A program made the position numbers and the translations under genes. 64,000 nt of DNA from Azolla caroliniana. Taxonomy: Eukaryota > Plantae > Polypodiophyta. Positions 51,339-64,000 of the stretch are shown in pieces (positions within the stretch are counted from its first letter, which is position 1; every line of letters starts with the position of its first letter). Under the pieces are notes generated by a model. It made no database searches and was not told the DNA's origin. It saw nothing but the letters and a program-made list of their open reading frames with translations. The DNA is taken from the NCBI GenBank assembly GCA_043228905.1, contig JBHGNT010000005.1, forward strand, positions 6,572,001 through 6,636,000. Reading direction: 5' to 3'.

Positions 51339-52600
51339 ATACGAAGATGGCTCATTTCCTGCCATGTACTAAGGAAATCTCCAATGAAGAAACCGCCGAA
51401 ATTGTCATGCGTGAAGTATGTCGGCATCATGGCCTTCCTAATAATATCATCAACGACTATGGACCCTAGTTCGTCTCCAAATTCTGGAAGCACCTTTTTA
51501 AAATGCTCAAGCTCACTTGTAACCTCTCCTCCGGCTACCACCCGCAAACCAACGGCCAAGCAGAACGAACAAATCAAACGTTGGACTAGTATCTTCGGTG
51601 CTTTCTAAGCTATCATCAGGATGATTGGGCGGATATGCTCCACTTCGTCGAATTTGCCTATAATAACTCTATCCACTCATCGACTAAAGTTACATCATTT
51701 TATGCTTATACGGGTTGTCACCCCCGGTGGTGTGTATTTGAAACCCTGGAGTTACCCACAAATCCTTGCACAGAGGATCGTTTGGAGCAGTTATGCAAGA
51801 TACAAGCATATTTATCTACTCATCTACAACAAGCTCAACAAACACGCAAGGTTTACGCGGATCGTCATCGGCTTCCATCCAGTTTTAACATTGGAGATCA
51901 GGTATGGCTACTACGATGACACATCAAGACTACTCGCCCATGCGAGAAGTTGGATTATCGGCGATTAGGTCCTTTCCGTATTATCAGAAAGATTAATGAT
52001 GTCACTTTTTGTCTCGATCTACCCTCACAACTTCGCATACATCCAGTGATTCATAGTTCTCTCCTCGAACCCTATCAAGACAGCACCATCCCAGGACGTA
52101 TTCCACAACCTCCACCCCCGATCGAACTTGAAGATGGACCTGAGTACGAGGTTGCCGCCATCCTCGATTTCAAGATTGTTCGCAACAAGCTCTACTATTT
52201 AGTCAATTGGCTAGGATATAGTCCCAGCGACCGTACCCGGGAACCAATAGAGAATGTGACCAATGCTCGTGCTCTTCTTGAAGACTTCCATCACCAATAT
52301 CCAGACAAACCGGGTCCTCAATCAAAGACGACTTGTAACACTCATCGTTTAAAGGGGGGGATAGTGTCATGATATGGCTCTAGAAGGATTTGAACCCATG
52401 ACCTTGTGTTACAAGGGTTGAACCCTTACAATTAAATCATGCATTGTAATACGAAAGATATTATTTTCATTTATTATTTCACTATAGGAAATTCATGTAT
52501 ATTCTAGATTACTCTAGAACATTTTAGAAACTTCAGGAGTATTCCTAACAATACTATAAGTAGAGGCACATGGCATTATTAAGAACCAATTTAGCACAAT
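51339..52600 (+). mobile_element. 3' fragment of a second Tcn1-type element (integrase, chromodomain, PPT, partial 3' LTR from 52365)
   Basis: Close reverse-complement paralog of 26400-27610. AAAGGGGGGGATAG is followed by TGTCATGATATGGC. Confidence 0.9.
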
Positions 52601-52604
52601 AATA

Positions 52605-54390
52605 AATGAATTTTCATCTAAAATACGATGCACTACATTATATTTTAGCCTTACAACTAGAATCCAATACAATGCATTGGATTAAAGTCATAAATCCTTT
52701 TTTCTTTTTTCTTTTTCCTTTTTTTTTTTTTCTTTCTCTTTTTTCTTTTCTCTTTTTTCGTTTTTCTTTTTTCTTTTTTCTTTTTTTTTTTTCTTTTTTC
52801 TTCTTTCTTTTTTCTTTTTTCTTTTTTCTTTTTTCGTTTTCGTTTTTTCAATGTTTTTTATTTTTTATTTTTTCCATATAAAGAAAAAAGAATTTTCAAT
52901 TGAAATCCGATGCACTGCATTGCATTTTAGTCTATAAAGCTAGACATCAATGTAGTGCATTAGATTTTAGTTGAAAATGTTGTTTCTTTTTAATGGTTTT
53001 TTGTTTTCTCGATAAATAAATAAAAAATATTTAAAAAAATGGATTTCTAACTGAAATCTGATGCATTGCATCGGATTTCAATTGAAAATCCAAATTTCTT
53101 TTAGTTTTTTCATAAAACAATGAAATAATAATAAAATATATTGGATTTTCAACGAAAATCTGATGCACTGCCATAATAAATGTAAAAAATAAAAGAAAAA
53201 TATTGGACTTTCAATGGAAATCCGATGCACTACAAGCGTTGAAACTATGTGATTTTCATCTGAAATACGATGCAGTGCATCGGATATTCATTGAAAATAT
53301 ATCATTTGAAATGGCCAAAATCACCAACATTATATAAGAAAATAAAAAAAACCATGGATTTCCAGTTGGAAATCCAAGATTTTTTTATTTTAACATATTT
53401 TATGGAAAAAATAAAACAAATAAGAAAATTTGAAAACAAATAAGAAAAAGTGGATTTTCTTTCAGTTGAAATCCATTTTTTAAATTTTTATTTATTTATT
53501 TATGGGAAAAATAAAAACAATTCAAAAAATAAGAAAATTCGGAAACAAATAAGAAAAAGTGGACTTTCAACTAAAATTCGATGCAGTGCAGTGGATTTCC
53601 ATTGAAAATCCATTTTTTCAATTTTTTTATTTATTTATGGGAAAAATAAAACAATTCAAAAAAAATACATAAAAGATTCAAATGAATGCACTGCATCGGA
53701 TTCTAGCTCTATAGACTAAAATCTAATGTAGTGCATCAGATTTCAATTAAAAATCCATTTTTTTATTTTGAAAATTTATTTATGGAAAAAATGAAAACAA
53801 TTCTTGTTGCACGGCATCGAATTCTTGTTGTATAGACTAAAATCCGATGTAGTGCATCGGATTTAAATTGAAAATCTATTTTTTTATAACTTGTTCTATT
53901 TTCAACTGAGGTCCAATGCATTGCATTGAATTCTAGATTTATAGACTAAAATTCTCTGCAATACATCAAATTTCAATTGATAATGCTTTTTTAAAATTTT
54001 AAAATTTTTAATCTTGTTATGGAAAAAATAAAAAATTTCACATTTTCAACTAAAATCTGATACAATGCATTAGATTCTAGATGTATAAAGTAAACTACAA
54101 TGCAATGCATCGGATTTGAGTTGAAAATCCAAGGTTTTTTAATTTTTTCCCATTTTTTAAAGATATTTTAAAAGTGGATTTTCAACCGAAATCCAATGTA
54201 GTGTATCATATTCTAATCTACATAGCTAGAATTTGATGCAATGCATTATGTCTCATTTGAAAATGCAAGAGTGTTATTGTAATGGAAAATCTTTAAAAAA
54301 ATCCAAGACTTACAACATGAATTTGATGCACTACATCAAATTCTAGATGTATAGAGTAAAATTCGACATAGTGCATCAGATCTAGATTGA
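52605..54390. repeat. AT-rich region with degenerate copies of the palindrome AAATCCGATGCA-N-TGCATCGGATTT
   Basis: Examples at ~53054-53078, 53263-53287 and 53840-53864. A T-rich low-complexity tract lies at 52697-52875. Confidence 0.7.
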
Positions 54391-55169
54391 ATGAATTAGA
54401 TTTTTGTTTGACATCAAAGGCTTATTATGAGAATCTTACTATGAGAAAAATGAAAAAACATCTTAACGGATGATTTTGGTAGAAGGTTTCTCTCACATAA
54501 TCAAATATCGTAAATAAAAAGTACATAATTAAATATCATAACCAAAAAGTAAAGAAGAAAGAATGGATCAAGCACATCTACTCTTACATTGGATAAATTT
54601 GTTTATATACTAGTGTATGACTTATCTTTGACCAAAACAAGTTATCTACGACAAACCACAATGAAGATACTAGAAGAGGATCTTGAATGTGGCTCCAAAC
54701 ACAACACAAAGACAAACAAGAAGCATGACTCCTAACCTCGATGAGGTTGGATTGCAATTGGATGAAGACAATGCATTAGTTTCCATTGATGATGAGGATG
54801 AGACCTCATAAACCCCTACTAGTTCAGATTCTAATGGGTATGAAGATGATAGCATAAACTTGGAAAATGATTGTCCTGATACGTTAATTGTAAATCTTGT
54901 ATTGTACATCAAGATTTGGATTCATGAAGTTCTATAAATATTGGTGTTAGTCATTTTGGACATTCATTTGTAAGTTTGGCATGTCCATTATTTAGGCATT
55001 TTTTTGAACACCTAAATTTTCGTACATGCTAGAAATCAATATATTTTGGGGTCATTTTTTAAAATCCTTTACGCATGCGACACCCCTTTTTGTGAATCAC
55101 CCTAATTTGTGTCATTTTTTGATGGACAGTTCTCAAAATGCAACATATTATCTGTTTCAAATGTCCCAG

Positions 55170-55855
55170 TGTTAACTGTATTATTCAAGAACAGAGTTAC
55201 AAAACGAATGGTGGCAACAACCAAAATGAACAATAGCAAACTAGGTTACAAAGCCTGTTATATACTAACTCGGCTAGGGCAATTGCCATTTGACATATTT
55301 ACAGAATTGTCCTAAATCTAGTTTGTCCAAGGGACAATGTGAATACGGTCATTATAGACCAGTATTCGACACTTCGTTGTCCAATTTTGCTCTATCCGCA
55401 TGCCTAGTATGTGTCAGGCTTGCCCGAGTTCCTTCATTGCAAATTTCTCGTGAAGGCTCCGCTTTAGCTTTCTAATTTCGACTTGATTGCTCCCTGCAAT
55501 CAACATGTCATCGACATATAGGACCAGATAGATCCAAGACTCATCGGCTAGTTGTCGAGTGTACATACACGGGTCGGAGTCAAACCATCGGTATCCAAGT
55601 TGTCGGATGTAGGTATCAAACTTATGATACCACATTCTTGGCGCTTGTTTTAAGCCATAAAGGCTTTTCTTCATTTGACATAAGAGGTGACCTTCCTCCC
55701 CTATCGTCGTGAACCTATTGGTTGAGACATATAGATGTCTTCTTCCAAGTATCCATGTAGGAATGTCATCTTGATGTCCAACTACTCGAACTCTAGGTTT
55801 TCAGTCGCCACGACCCCAAGTACAACCCGAAGGGTGGTCATCTTGACTATTGGCG
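55170..55855 (-). mobile_element. Truncated copia (RT fragment and 3' LTR remnant) related to 12716-18236
   Basis: KKSLYGLKQAPR..LYVDDMLI at 55414-55674. 55230-55371 aligns with LTR 12888-13018, ending GTATTCGACA. The left boundary is uncertain. Confidence 0.8.
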
Positions 55856-55859
55856 CTCC

Positions 55860-57845
55860 TAGAGTCACCTCTCTATGTGAACCACCTCTTCTCTCTTCAG
55901 CTTCTTCCTGAAGAAGCCTTCTAACACCACCAACTAGAATACAAACTTGTTTCCCGTCCCTACATTCTTATCGCCTTAGACCCGGATACCAGCCGACACC
56001 GAGTAGTGGACAGCTTCAACATGTCGTGCCACTGCTTCCTCCATTATTCTCTGCATTCTGCCATGATCGGTGTTCATTTCTAGGGACTTCCTCGTCTCAC
56101 TGACATGTACTCAACCATTCCAGATATAGACGACGTTATTCTTCAACGCCTCGACGAAGTCAACGCAGTCCCTCCGGATGTGGTCGACACTGTCGCACCA
56201 CATGCAGCTAAGGCCGTTAGGTAGACGCCGGTCGCGAGATTGACCCCCACCATTCCTTTGAGCCTGAGCAATCTGAAGGTCACGCACCATCTTAGTGAGC
56301 TCCTCTAGCGTTGCTCCCCCGACGGACCGTCGACTACATTGGTCAGAACTAGGCCCAACTCGACCCGCCATCTCGCCTCATCCGACCGAGTCGGCACCTT
56401 ACTCCTCTTGCAGTTGGGCCGGTCAACGATATCCCCTTGCCATTCCATTCATGCCCTTTATTGAAACAGTTGCATACCCTCTTAACCATGGCCCAGATAG
56501 TCGTAAGGCCAACGTTTGTCTCCAAGAGGAGACCCACCTTCTCACGATCACGTAAGTCGGCCGACTTGATGAATAATAGGACCTTGCTCGTATCGAGCAC
56601 GGTCTGTTCCAACGTCTTCGTATTCGTTCCTTTCTCCGGGAGCTCGACCCATTCCATGAGCTCCTTCTTCGACAACCTGAGGGAGTCGTTGAGGCTATAT
56701 CTTTCTAGGAGCCGCTCCTCGAACTCTGACTAGTTGCAATAGTCGGCTTGTACTTCGAGCACCTTGGAATGGATGCTCGGTGTTGCGACTCGTGCGAACC
56801 CTGCTAGTTGCCTCTCTTCTGAGATTTTCCGCATGAGCATCTCAGCCTTGTACGCTTCTCGATAGTTCGTGAGGTCTTTGCCATTAAATCAGCTTGATGT
56901 GCCGATTATGGTTTCTACGGCCCTATCGAGGCCAGTAGAGCTCTCTTGAGCATTCATGAGGCATTCTACAACAACTGCCATTGCTTGCGCTAGCTTGTCA
57001 CCCCTCATTGTTACTCCCCTACCGCCCTTTTCACATCGGGTTCACCAAAGATGTCGCGGAAATCCGTAGCTAGCAGGTCGGCTTGGGCGGGGTCACCGGG
57101 GTATCAGACTAGGGAGCTCAAGAATGAGTGGCTTCTAGGCTCGTAGGACCGTCTCCAACCCAGCTCTCTCACCAGACTCCAAAGGTTGAGCACACGGGCT
57201 CGCAGGAACAAGTAGGGAAGCGTAGAACAGAGGAGAGAGGAAGTGAAACCTCTCCGATTACAAAAGATAAAGAATCTATTATTAACACGAAAAGGGTAGA
57301 TCAACAGAGAGCATCAGATACAACAATGTCAAGAAATCGATTAAAAACTGAGAAAGAATACAAGGTTGTCCCTAGGCTGGAAATAGAGCTTCGAGCTCAG
57401 CACCCACACACAAAAGTGAGCCTCCGGTCGGGAGCACACAGGCGACCTACACAAGCAGAGGCCTCACACCACCGAACCGAATAAATAGAACAGGAAACCT
57501 ATAGCACTCGACAATCTGATAGCACCTCCCACTCAAAAATGATCGATCCCCTCTAACATTCATCCTTCCCTCCCTTTATAGCGCCAAGGAGGGTCGGTTA
57601 CATTAGGTCATTCTGATAACCGTTTCGGTTAGAGATTCCCTCGTGATTTTCTACCCTTGCATCCTATAATTCCTCTCTCTTTCCGTGGCCCATAGGTACC
57701 TATTAACTATCTTCTCTTGTACTTATTAATGTACTATTTATTTACATTTGTTTTGTACAAAGACTAGTTCATGTGTATACATGCACACCCTTGTTCACAC
57801 GCATCCTACGAACCTTTCTCCTAGTGGTCGGAAACCTCCACGATA
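55860..57845 (-). mobile_element. 5' part of a Ylt1-like gypsy: LTR 57052-57845, PBS and degenerate gag
   Basis: LTR end CCGCGACA followed by TCTTTGGTGAACCCG, as at 4040. Zinc knuckle CMWCDSVDHIRRDC. 57740-57845 resembles 4830-4935. Confidence 0.8.
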
Positions 57846-58322
57846 GCGGTTTAGGATCTACACTTGATCATTTTCTTAAATATTTGTTTGAACATTTTAA
57901 GCCTAATTTTGATATTTTAAGAAAAATCTTTAAATTTTGAAATATTGAGAATTTTAAAATGTTTAAAACTAATATGTGAAATTTTGAACTTTGATAATTC
58001 CTCTCTCTTTCCGTGGCCCATAGGTACCTATTAACTATCTTCTCTTGTACTTATTAATGTACTATTTATTTACATTTGTTTTGTACAAAGACTAGTTCAT
58101 GTGTATACATGCACACCCTTGTTCACACGCATCCTACGAACCTTTCTCCTAGTGGTCGGAAACCTCCACGACAGCGGTTTAGGATCTACACTTGATCATT
58201 TTCTTAAATATCTGTTTGAACATTTTAAGCCTAATTTTGATATTTTAAGAAAAATCTTTAAATTTTGAAATATTGAGAATTTTAAAATGTTTAAAACTAA
58301 TGTGTGAAATTTTGAACTTTGA
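57666..58322. repeat. 328-bp tandem duplication spanning the LTR/flank junction
   Basis: 57666-57993 is nearly identical to 57994-58321. Confidence 0.93.
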
Positions 58323-59834
58323 CCTAAAACCAAATGGTGAAACTGCAGTTTTAACGATTTAAAGGTTTAAAAGTTTGAAAGTCTCTAAAACCATTTTGTT
58401 TGAACTTGAATATTTTGTAACAGTTTGGTTTAAACAGGTTGTGGTTCGATTCAGTTCAGTTTAAGTTTCAATTTTTTTTAACGGTTCAGTTTTAAACAGA
58501 TTGACTTTGACACCCTCGAACCAAACCTAACTGTCGTCGATTGTTACTTACTTAACCTTGAGCTTTTCTCTCTCACCTTAATCACTTTTTAATCTCAAGC
58601 TCTATGCCTAATTGTTAATTAACTCAAGCTTATACTAATTAAGTAGGCTAATAAAGGCTAGGTCGTGTTTGAGATTTCTTGTCTCATCTCTCTTCTATCT
58701 AATGCATGAGAATGTGGTAGAGTTCTTCACAATTAGGTGTTAATGTCTTGACTTGTGAATGTGATTAGATAGTAATGTTAGAGTTCGTATTAGTAATTAG
58801 TTTAAGTATTAGTAGCTTGAGAGAGATTTACACCCACTCCTATCTGTCTGTTCCCAAGCAATGACCTCGAGGTAATTCTCAAGAAGAACACACAAAGAAG
58901 AAGTAAGCTTTCAACAAGGACACTACAAGACATCACATTTAAGGCGATTGTTACAAATAGGATGTGGAGATATGGGTTTTGGGCATATTTCCTTCAATTC
59001 ATTTTTTGTCTTCTATCTATATTGTGTCATGATACTTTATCTATAGTTTACCTTATCTCATCCCACATAATCTTGATCACTATATTTAACTTTGATCTTT
59101 TCTCTTGATTTGCTTATTTCTTTCTTCTCGCATATAGAAGCCCATTTTAGTCCACATGTATGCAACACAATTCCTACATCATCCTAATGGAAGCAAGGTA
59201 ATTGATAAAGGCCCAAGAATGGATGAACTTGGGCTACTTGTGAGGAGTACCTACAAAGGGGCTTGTCAACGAGGGTAGCTAACTACAAAGGCTCATGCAT
59301 AAAGTTCCATATGTACAAAGGAAACCAACTATACCTTCTATTGAAGCCATAACAAAACTTGAGTGTGTAAAACTCTCCCCTTTAGTTGAAGACCCTTGTG
59401 GTTCGTCATACCTTCTCATAGATTTTATAAGGCTTAGGTTCTTAGAAGTTTTATAAGTGGCAACAAAAGGTGGAGCAACAACTAGACCTAAAGAGAAATC
59501 GTCTTCAATTCCTTTTACTTTGAACTTCTGAGGATGAAAATTCTTTAGAAATGTGTAGATATAGATAGTGGTAGAATCTTTTTTTTAATACTAGGAATCA
59601 TGTTGATCTTCAGAGTAGTTAATAATGAGACTATGAACATGCTCCCTCAGGCGCATGTGTCTATGTGCATATATTGTCCATCTTTCTAAAATCCAACTAT
59701 CGGTATTAGTGACATCCTCCCTATTTTTGGGCAAGCATTTCCCTTCCATCCCTTAGACCTTTGTCTTGATGGTTTACATTATATGTTGTATGGCATTATT
59801 ATTATGTGGAAGTTGAAGACAACTTCAAAGGCTC

Positions 59835-60200
59835 CATAGATTGTTAGTGCAAAAGAAAGGGAAATTTGTTTTTCATGAATGATAGCCCATGAAGTGAGAT
59901 CTTTAAGCTGAAAACAACTTGAATGGTCTCGATCGATGATTGTCTAATGTTGGTGATGCCAAGTTGTGATCTAGACCTATGATCCCTAGCATTGTAAGTT
60001 GTGAGGTCTTGATGGATAAGGCAATAGATCCATTGTGCAAAAGAAAAGGAACTTTATTCTTCTTCAAGGATAGCCCATGAAGTGAGGTCTTTATGTTGAA
60101 AACAACTTGAATGGTCTCAATTGCAATGACTTTAATGTTTGTAGATCCAAGTTGTGATTTAAGTTAGAGATCCATAATACCTACGGTTTTGGAGTCTAGA
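59835..60200. repeat. Diverged tandem duplication, ~188-bp period
   Basis: GATAGCCCATGAAGTGAG..GAAAACAACTTGAATGGTCTC at 59881 and 60069. Confidence 0.8.
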
Positions 60201-61386
60201 TGGCTAGACCGTTTGGGAACTTGTTGTTAAGCCCAAAGACCCAAGGATAAAAGACATACTTTGAATCTTGGATGATGGCACAATGAGTATAATGTTTTTT
60301 TATTGAAGTGCAATGCCAACCTCATGTTGTGGAGTTTTACTATAGAAGAAACATGTACCTAGCATCCCAACTTTGCATTACTTGAAATTATCAATTTGAT
60401 ATAGTATCTCACCACACTCGCAAACACCCAAGCCTTTCTAAATGGGATGTTTGCAACTAGACAATACTAATAAATATAAGTTTTAAATGAGTTTGGAAGA
60501 AGTTAAGAGTTTAGTACTATTTGCGGATGCTTTAATTCTTGTAGATATGTATGCCACTCCTACCCCTAGGGTGCTCCACATGGCATGCAATGGCTATGAA
60601 TGCACAATCTAAGAAAATGAGGAAAAGTGGCCATGTGACTTTCTGTTATATTTTTGAATGGTATAAAAACATGTAGGTATGCATCACATTTTGTTTAACA
60701 CCTAATGTGTTATTTATTAAACAAAAGATGGATAAATTAATGAAAAAAGGTACGCAACTTCTATTTACTTATCGAATATAGTTTATATTCACTTTAAATC
60801 AACTAAGATGTTATATATGCATGATGCCAAATGTTGAGAGATCAAGCTCAATTTAGTTTAGTTAGTTAGTCAACAATGTAACTTCATAGTTACCTAGATA
60901 GAATCTAGTTAGAGGTGTTGACTATAACACCTTAAAAAGGACCTTGTACTTAAGTGGGATATTCTAGATCCTCCACTCCTAAGTACATTTAATATAGGAC
61001 TTACAAATTAGTACCTATATTCTACTCACACATGTGCACCTTTGCACATGAGATTTATATATACCTCATTGTGGGTATTTTTGGATTTGATGATGATAAT
61101 GCTAATTTAATATACTTACTCATTCCCCATCTTGTATTGTATCTCTCTCTCTCTCTTCCTCTCACACACATACACACACATATCACATAATCTTCCGCTT
61201 ATCAACTAATCACATAATTAGGTACTAATTAATCCTTAATTACTTACCTAATTATTAACACCAAATAATTGGCACATGATGCCAGTATTAGTTAATATAA
61301 GGTTGAAGTGTTTTATCGGAGAGCACTTCCAAAACATGACATTGAAATAAATGTTTCAAAACAAGAAAGAAAACATGAAATCAATT

Positions 61387-61648
61387 GATTCTAATTGCAC
61401 ACGCACACTCGTAAATAGTAATGCTCTAACAAATAGTATAGGATACTACCTATCGATGTGCATACGTGAAAAGTTTATGTGTATATACACATGTGAATAT
61501 ATATATAAAGGAAGATGGTGTAAACATTTATGAGCAATTAAAAATGAAGAAATTGGAAGGACATAAACATATTTCTATATGCACACTTCGTGTACCTAAA
61601 TTCTAAAATTTGAAACACCACAAATGAGTGTTTGTGCAATTAGAAATC
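61387..61648. mobile_element. Possible MITE-like element
   Basis: Imperfect inverted ends GATTCTAATTGCACACGCACACTC / GAGTGTTTGTGCAATTAGAAATC, with no clear TSD. Confidence 0.3.
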
Positions 61649-62699
61649 TTACAATTTGAGATGATTATTGACATTACGAGGAGAAAGAAGTGATATTTTC
61701 CTTTCAAAGCCTAGTAGTTCTATCACGGGAGCATGTGCAAAAGCATCATCTTTTTTTGTACTTCAAGGTTGATATTAGTAGAAAATTCATATAAGAAAAT
61801 GATGACAAATCAATGAGAATAATGTTTCCCCACAATTGAAAGAGAAATGGCAACTCTTATCGACATGTACAAGGAACTGGTGGTAGAAGAAAACTTCTTG
61901 AAGGCATAAAAGTTTTTCTATTGATGTGACTTGTTGTGTGATTTAGCAGTAAATGCACATACTTGTTGACACGATGAACAATAAATTGAGAAGAAGACAT
62001 CATCCAATGAAATAATACAGTGATTATGTATAGGTAGGTGTATGGGTATGTAGCCGGGGAGGGGGTGGCATCACATGTGCATTTGTACTATTATCCAATG
62101 CCTACCTCAAAGGAACGAAAAATAGAAATGATAGAAACATAGATTCTTCCTCAAGTTGAAATACAAGTGAAACGTGTTAAAGCAAAACTAGAGAAAGGGA
62201 CAAAAAAGCCAAGCATGGGTTTGAGGAATATAACCAAACGAAAAGACAAATGACAAGTTTCATGTGGGGATAGAGAAGAAAAGTGAGGATGGTGAGTGGT
62301 TGCATAACCAACTTGAAATCATTTTATCAGCATTTCATCGTAGTGTAGTAAGTTGTAACGTAGGTTGACATCCTTGCTTTGGGTGCAATAGCATCATACC
62401 ATATTCTTGATTAAGTAGGAATTCTTGTAGACACTTTCTAGCCACACATTGCCAATTTCATACCTACACATTGCTCGTACGATAATTTTTGAAACCTGGG
62501 AGTGCACCTTTTAGATTTTATTTTCTTCATATGTTATTTTTCCCATAACCAACAAAACTTCAATTGGAGTTCTATGAAATTATGGCCCTTTCTTACTCAT
62601 AGTTGGAACACGTGTATTCTTAAGTAAACTAAATTCTAATACATTAGCTTAGGGATTAAAAAATTCAAATAACCTACATGAAGATCAATTATTTAAAAG

Positions 62700-63076
62700 A
62701 ACAAACAAAACCTAGATAATCATAAGTTTGGTTATCTTGGATGATTAAATCAAGATCCTATGATGGATGATATTATTTGTGACAACAAAAGATAGTGGTT
62801 TGTTGTGGTTGAAAATTTGAGCTTTGGTAACAACTAATTATGTGACAATGATAAATATAATTTGATGGCTGATTTCATTGTTAAAACAAACAAACAAAAA
62901 CTAGATAGGTCACAAGTTTGGTTATCTTGGATGATTAAATCGAGATACTATGATGGATGATATTACCTATCACAACAAAACATAGTGGTTTGTTGTGGTT
63001 GAAAATTTGAGTATTGGTAACAACTAATTACATGACAATGGTAAAGATAATTTGATGGTTGATTTCATTGTTAAAA
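62700..63076. repeat. Tandem duplication, ~190-bp period
   Basis: AAGTTTGGTTATCTTGGATGATTAAATC..GATTTCATTGTTAAAA occurs twice. Confidence 0.88.
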
Positions 63077-64000
63077 AAATTCTAATGCAAAGGACATAGT
63101 AGAGATATTATGCATGTGAAAACCATGAAAGCATATATTATGCATCTTATGTGGGTTTTGCGATGTCTTAAATTAATCTTCCATCCTATTGCTTTATTAA
63201 AGCACTACAAAAATATATCATTTGATAAAGATGAATCCTCGACACGTATCATGGGCCGATGCGACTAGATTTCCTTTGACAAACCTCATTCTAATACCCA
63301 ATACTATATCATCTTAGTGATGGTTAAAGCAATATTGGACCCCCCATTTGATATCAATAATGTTCAATCAATCTTTTAGGATAAGATCAACGGATTTTTT
63401 GCAAGCACATCAATTTACAATTATGAACAACCATCCATAAAAAAATCCAATGCTCATTGTTAACCTAGTATAAGGATACATGCGTGGGTGGGTTTGTGGT
63501 AGCCTTTGTGCCTTGATTTTGTGTAACAAATTCAAGAAAATAAAAAATATCTTGAGGTGGAAAAGTAAGTTTTATGTATTTCACGTGATCAAGAAGCAAG
63601 CATATTTTTAAAGAGCCAAAGTTTTTCAATGCATGTGTTTAAGAATTGATGGTGGGTATCACCAAGACAACGTATAAACTAACATGTAATCAATGAGCTA
63701 ACTCTCATTGGTTGAAGAAATGTGGCTTTCCAAAACATTAGTAAGAGAAATGTGCAATTGCCTAAGTTAAGGCACTCTTAGAATTATGACAAGTAAACAA
63801 TAGAGAAACATTAGACCACGTTGGTTCAAGAAAATGAGAGTTAGCGTGGTCTCCAACAACACTCACCCAAGTGGCCGTGCACAAGAAGCAGATGAGTACA
63901 AACAACATCTAAAGTGCAAGCAGCGGCAACAAGGTTTTCATGGAAGAAGCTTGATTGATTAAAGAAAATGTCATATATTTGGGGTAGGTTAGGAACAATC

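Noticed and set aside
52606-52881. Phe-rich and Lys-rich ORFs
   Set aside because: Translation of a T-rich low-complexity tract.
58330-64000. Possible host gene or TE coding remnants (e.g. 61700-62300) and a hAT-like end TGACACCC at ~58510
   Set aside because: Frames are heavily interrupted and no motif could be assigned with confidence by eye.

Overview
This is a transposon-filled eukaryotic window with no intact host gene. The element lineages suggest a non-seed land plant, but that is inference. It holds two nests, resolved from LTR pairs and target-site duplications (TSDs). Nest 1 (1-18376) is a decayed chromoviral Ty3/gypsy element carrying a young Ty1/copia element (12716-18236), stacked solo LTRs and a Ylt1-like gypsy. 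Nest 2 (18448-51338) is an ~11-kb Sola2-like DNA transposon with an intron-containing transposase, convergent RING and FCP1-like cargo ORFs, and kilobase arrays of the palindrome TAGCTAATTAGCTA. A Tcn1-type chromovirus (26143-48148) sits inside it. That element contains a copia (29911-45268), which contains a gypsy with an extra 3' ORF (30708-40599). The most notable signals are: a Penelope-like retroelement fragment with a minimal hammerhead ribozyme and an ~205-bp target duplication in the chromovirus 5' end; a Tf1-like self-priming PBS; tRNA-like A/B-box modules inside LTRs; and an NCGN target preference for one gypsy group. From 52.6 kb onward the window is AT-rich TE debris. All calls were made by eye, with no database searches.
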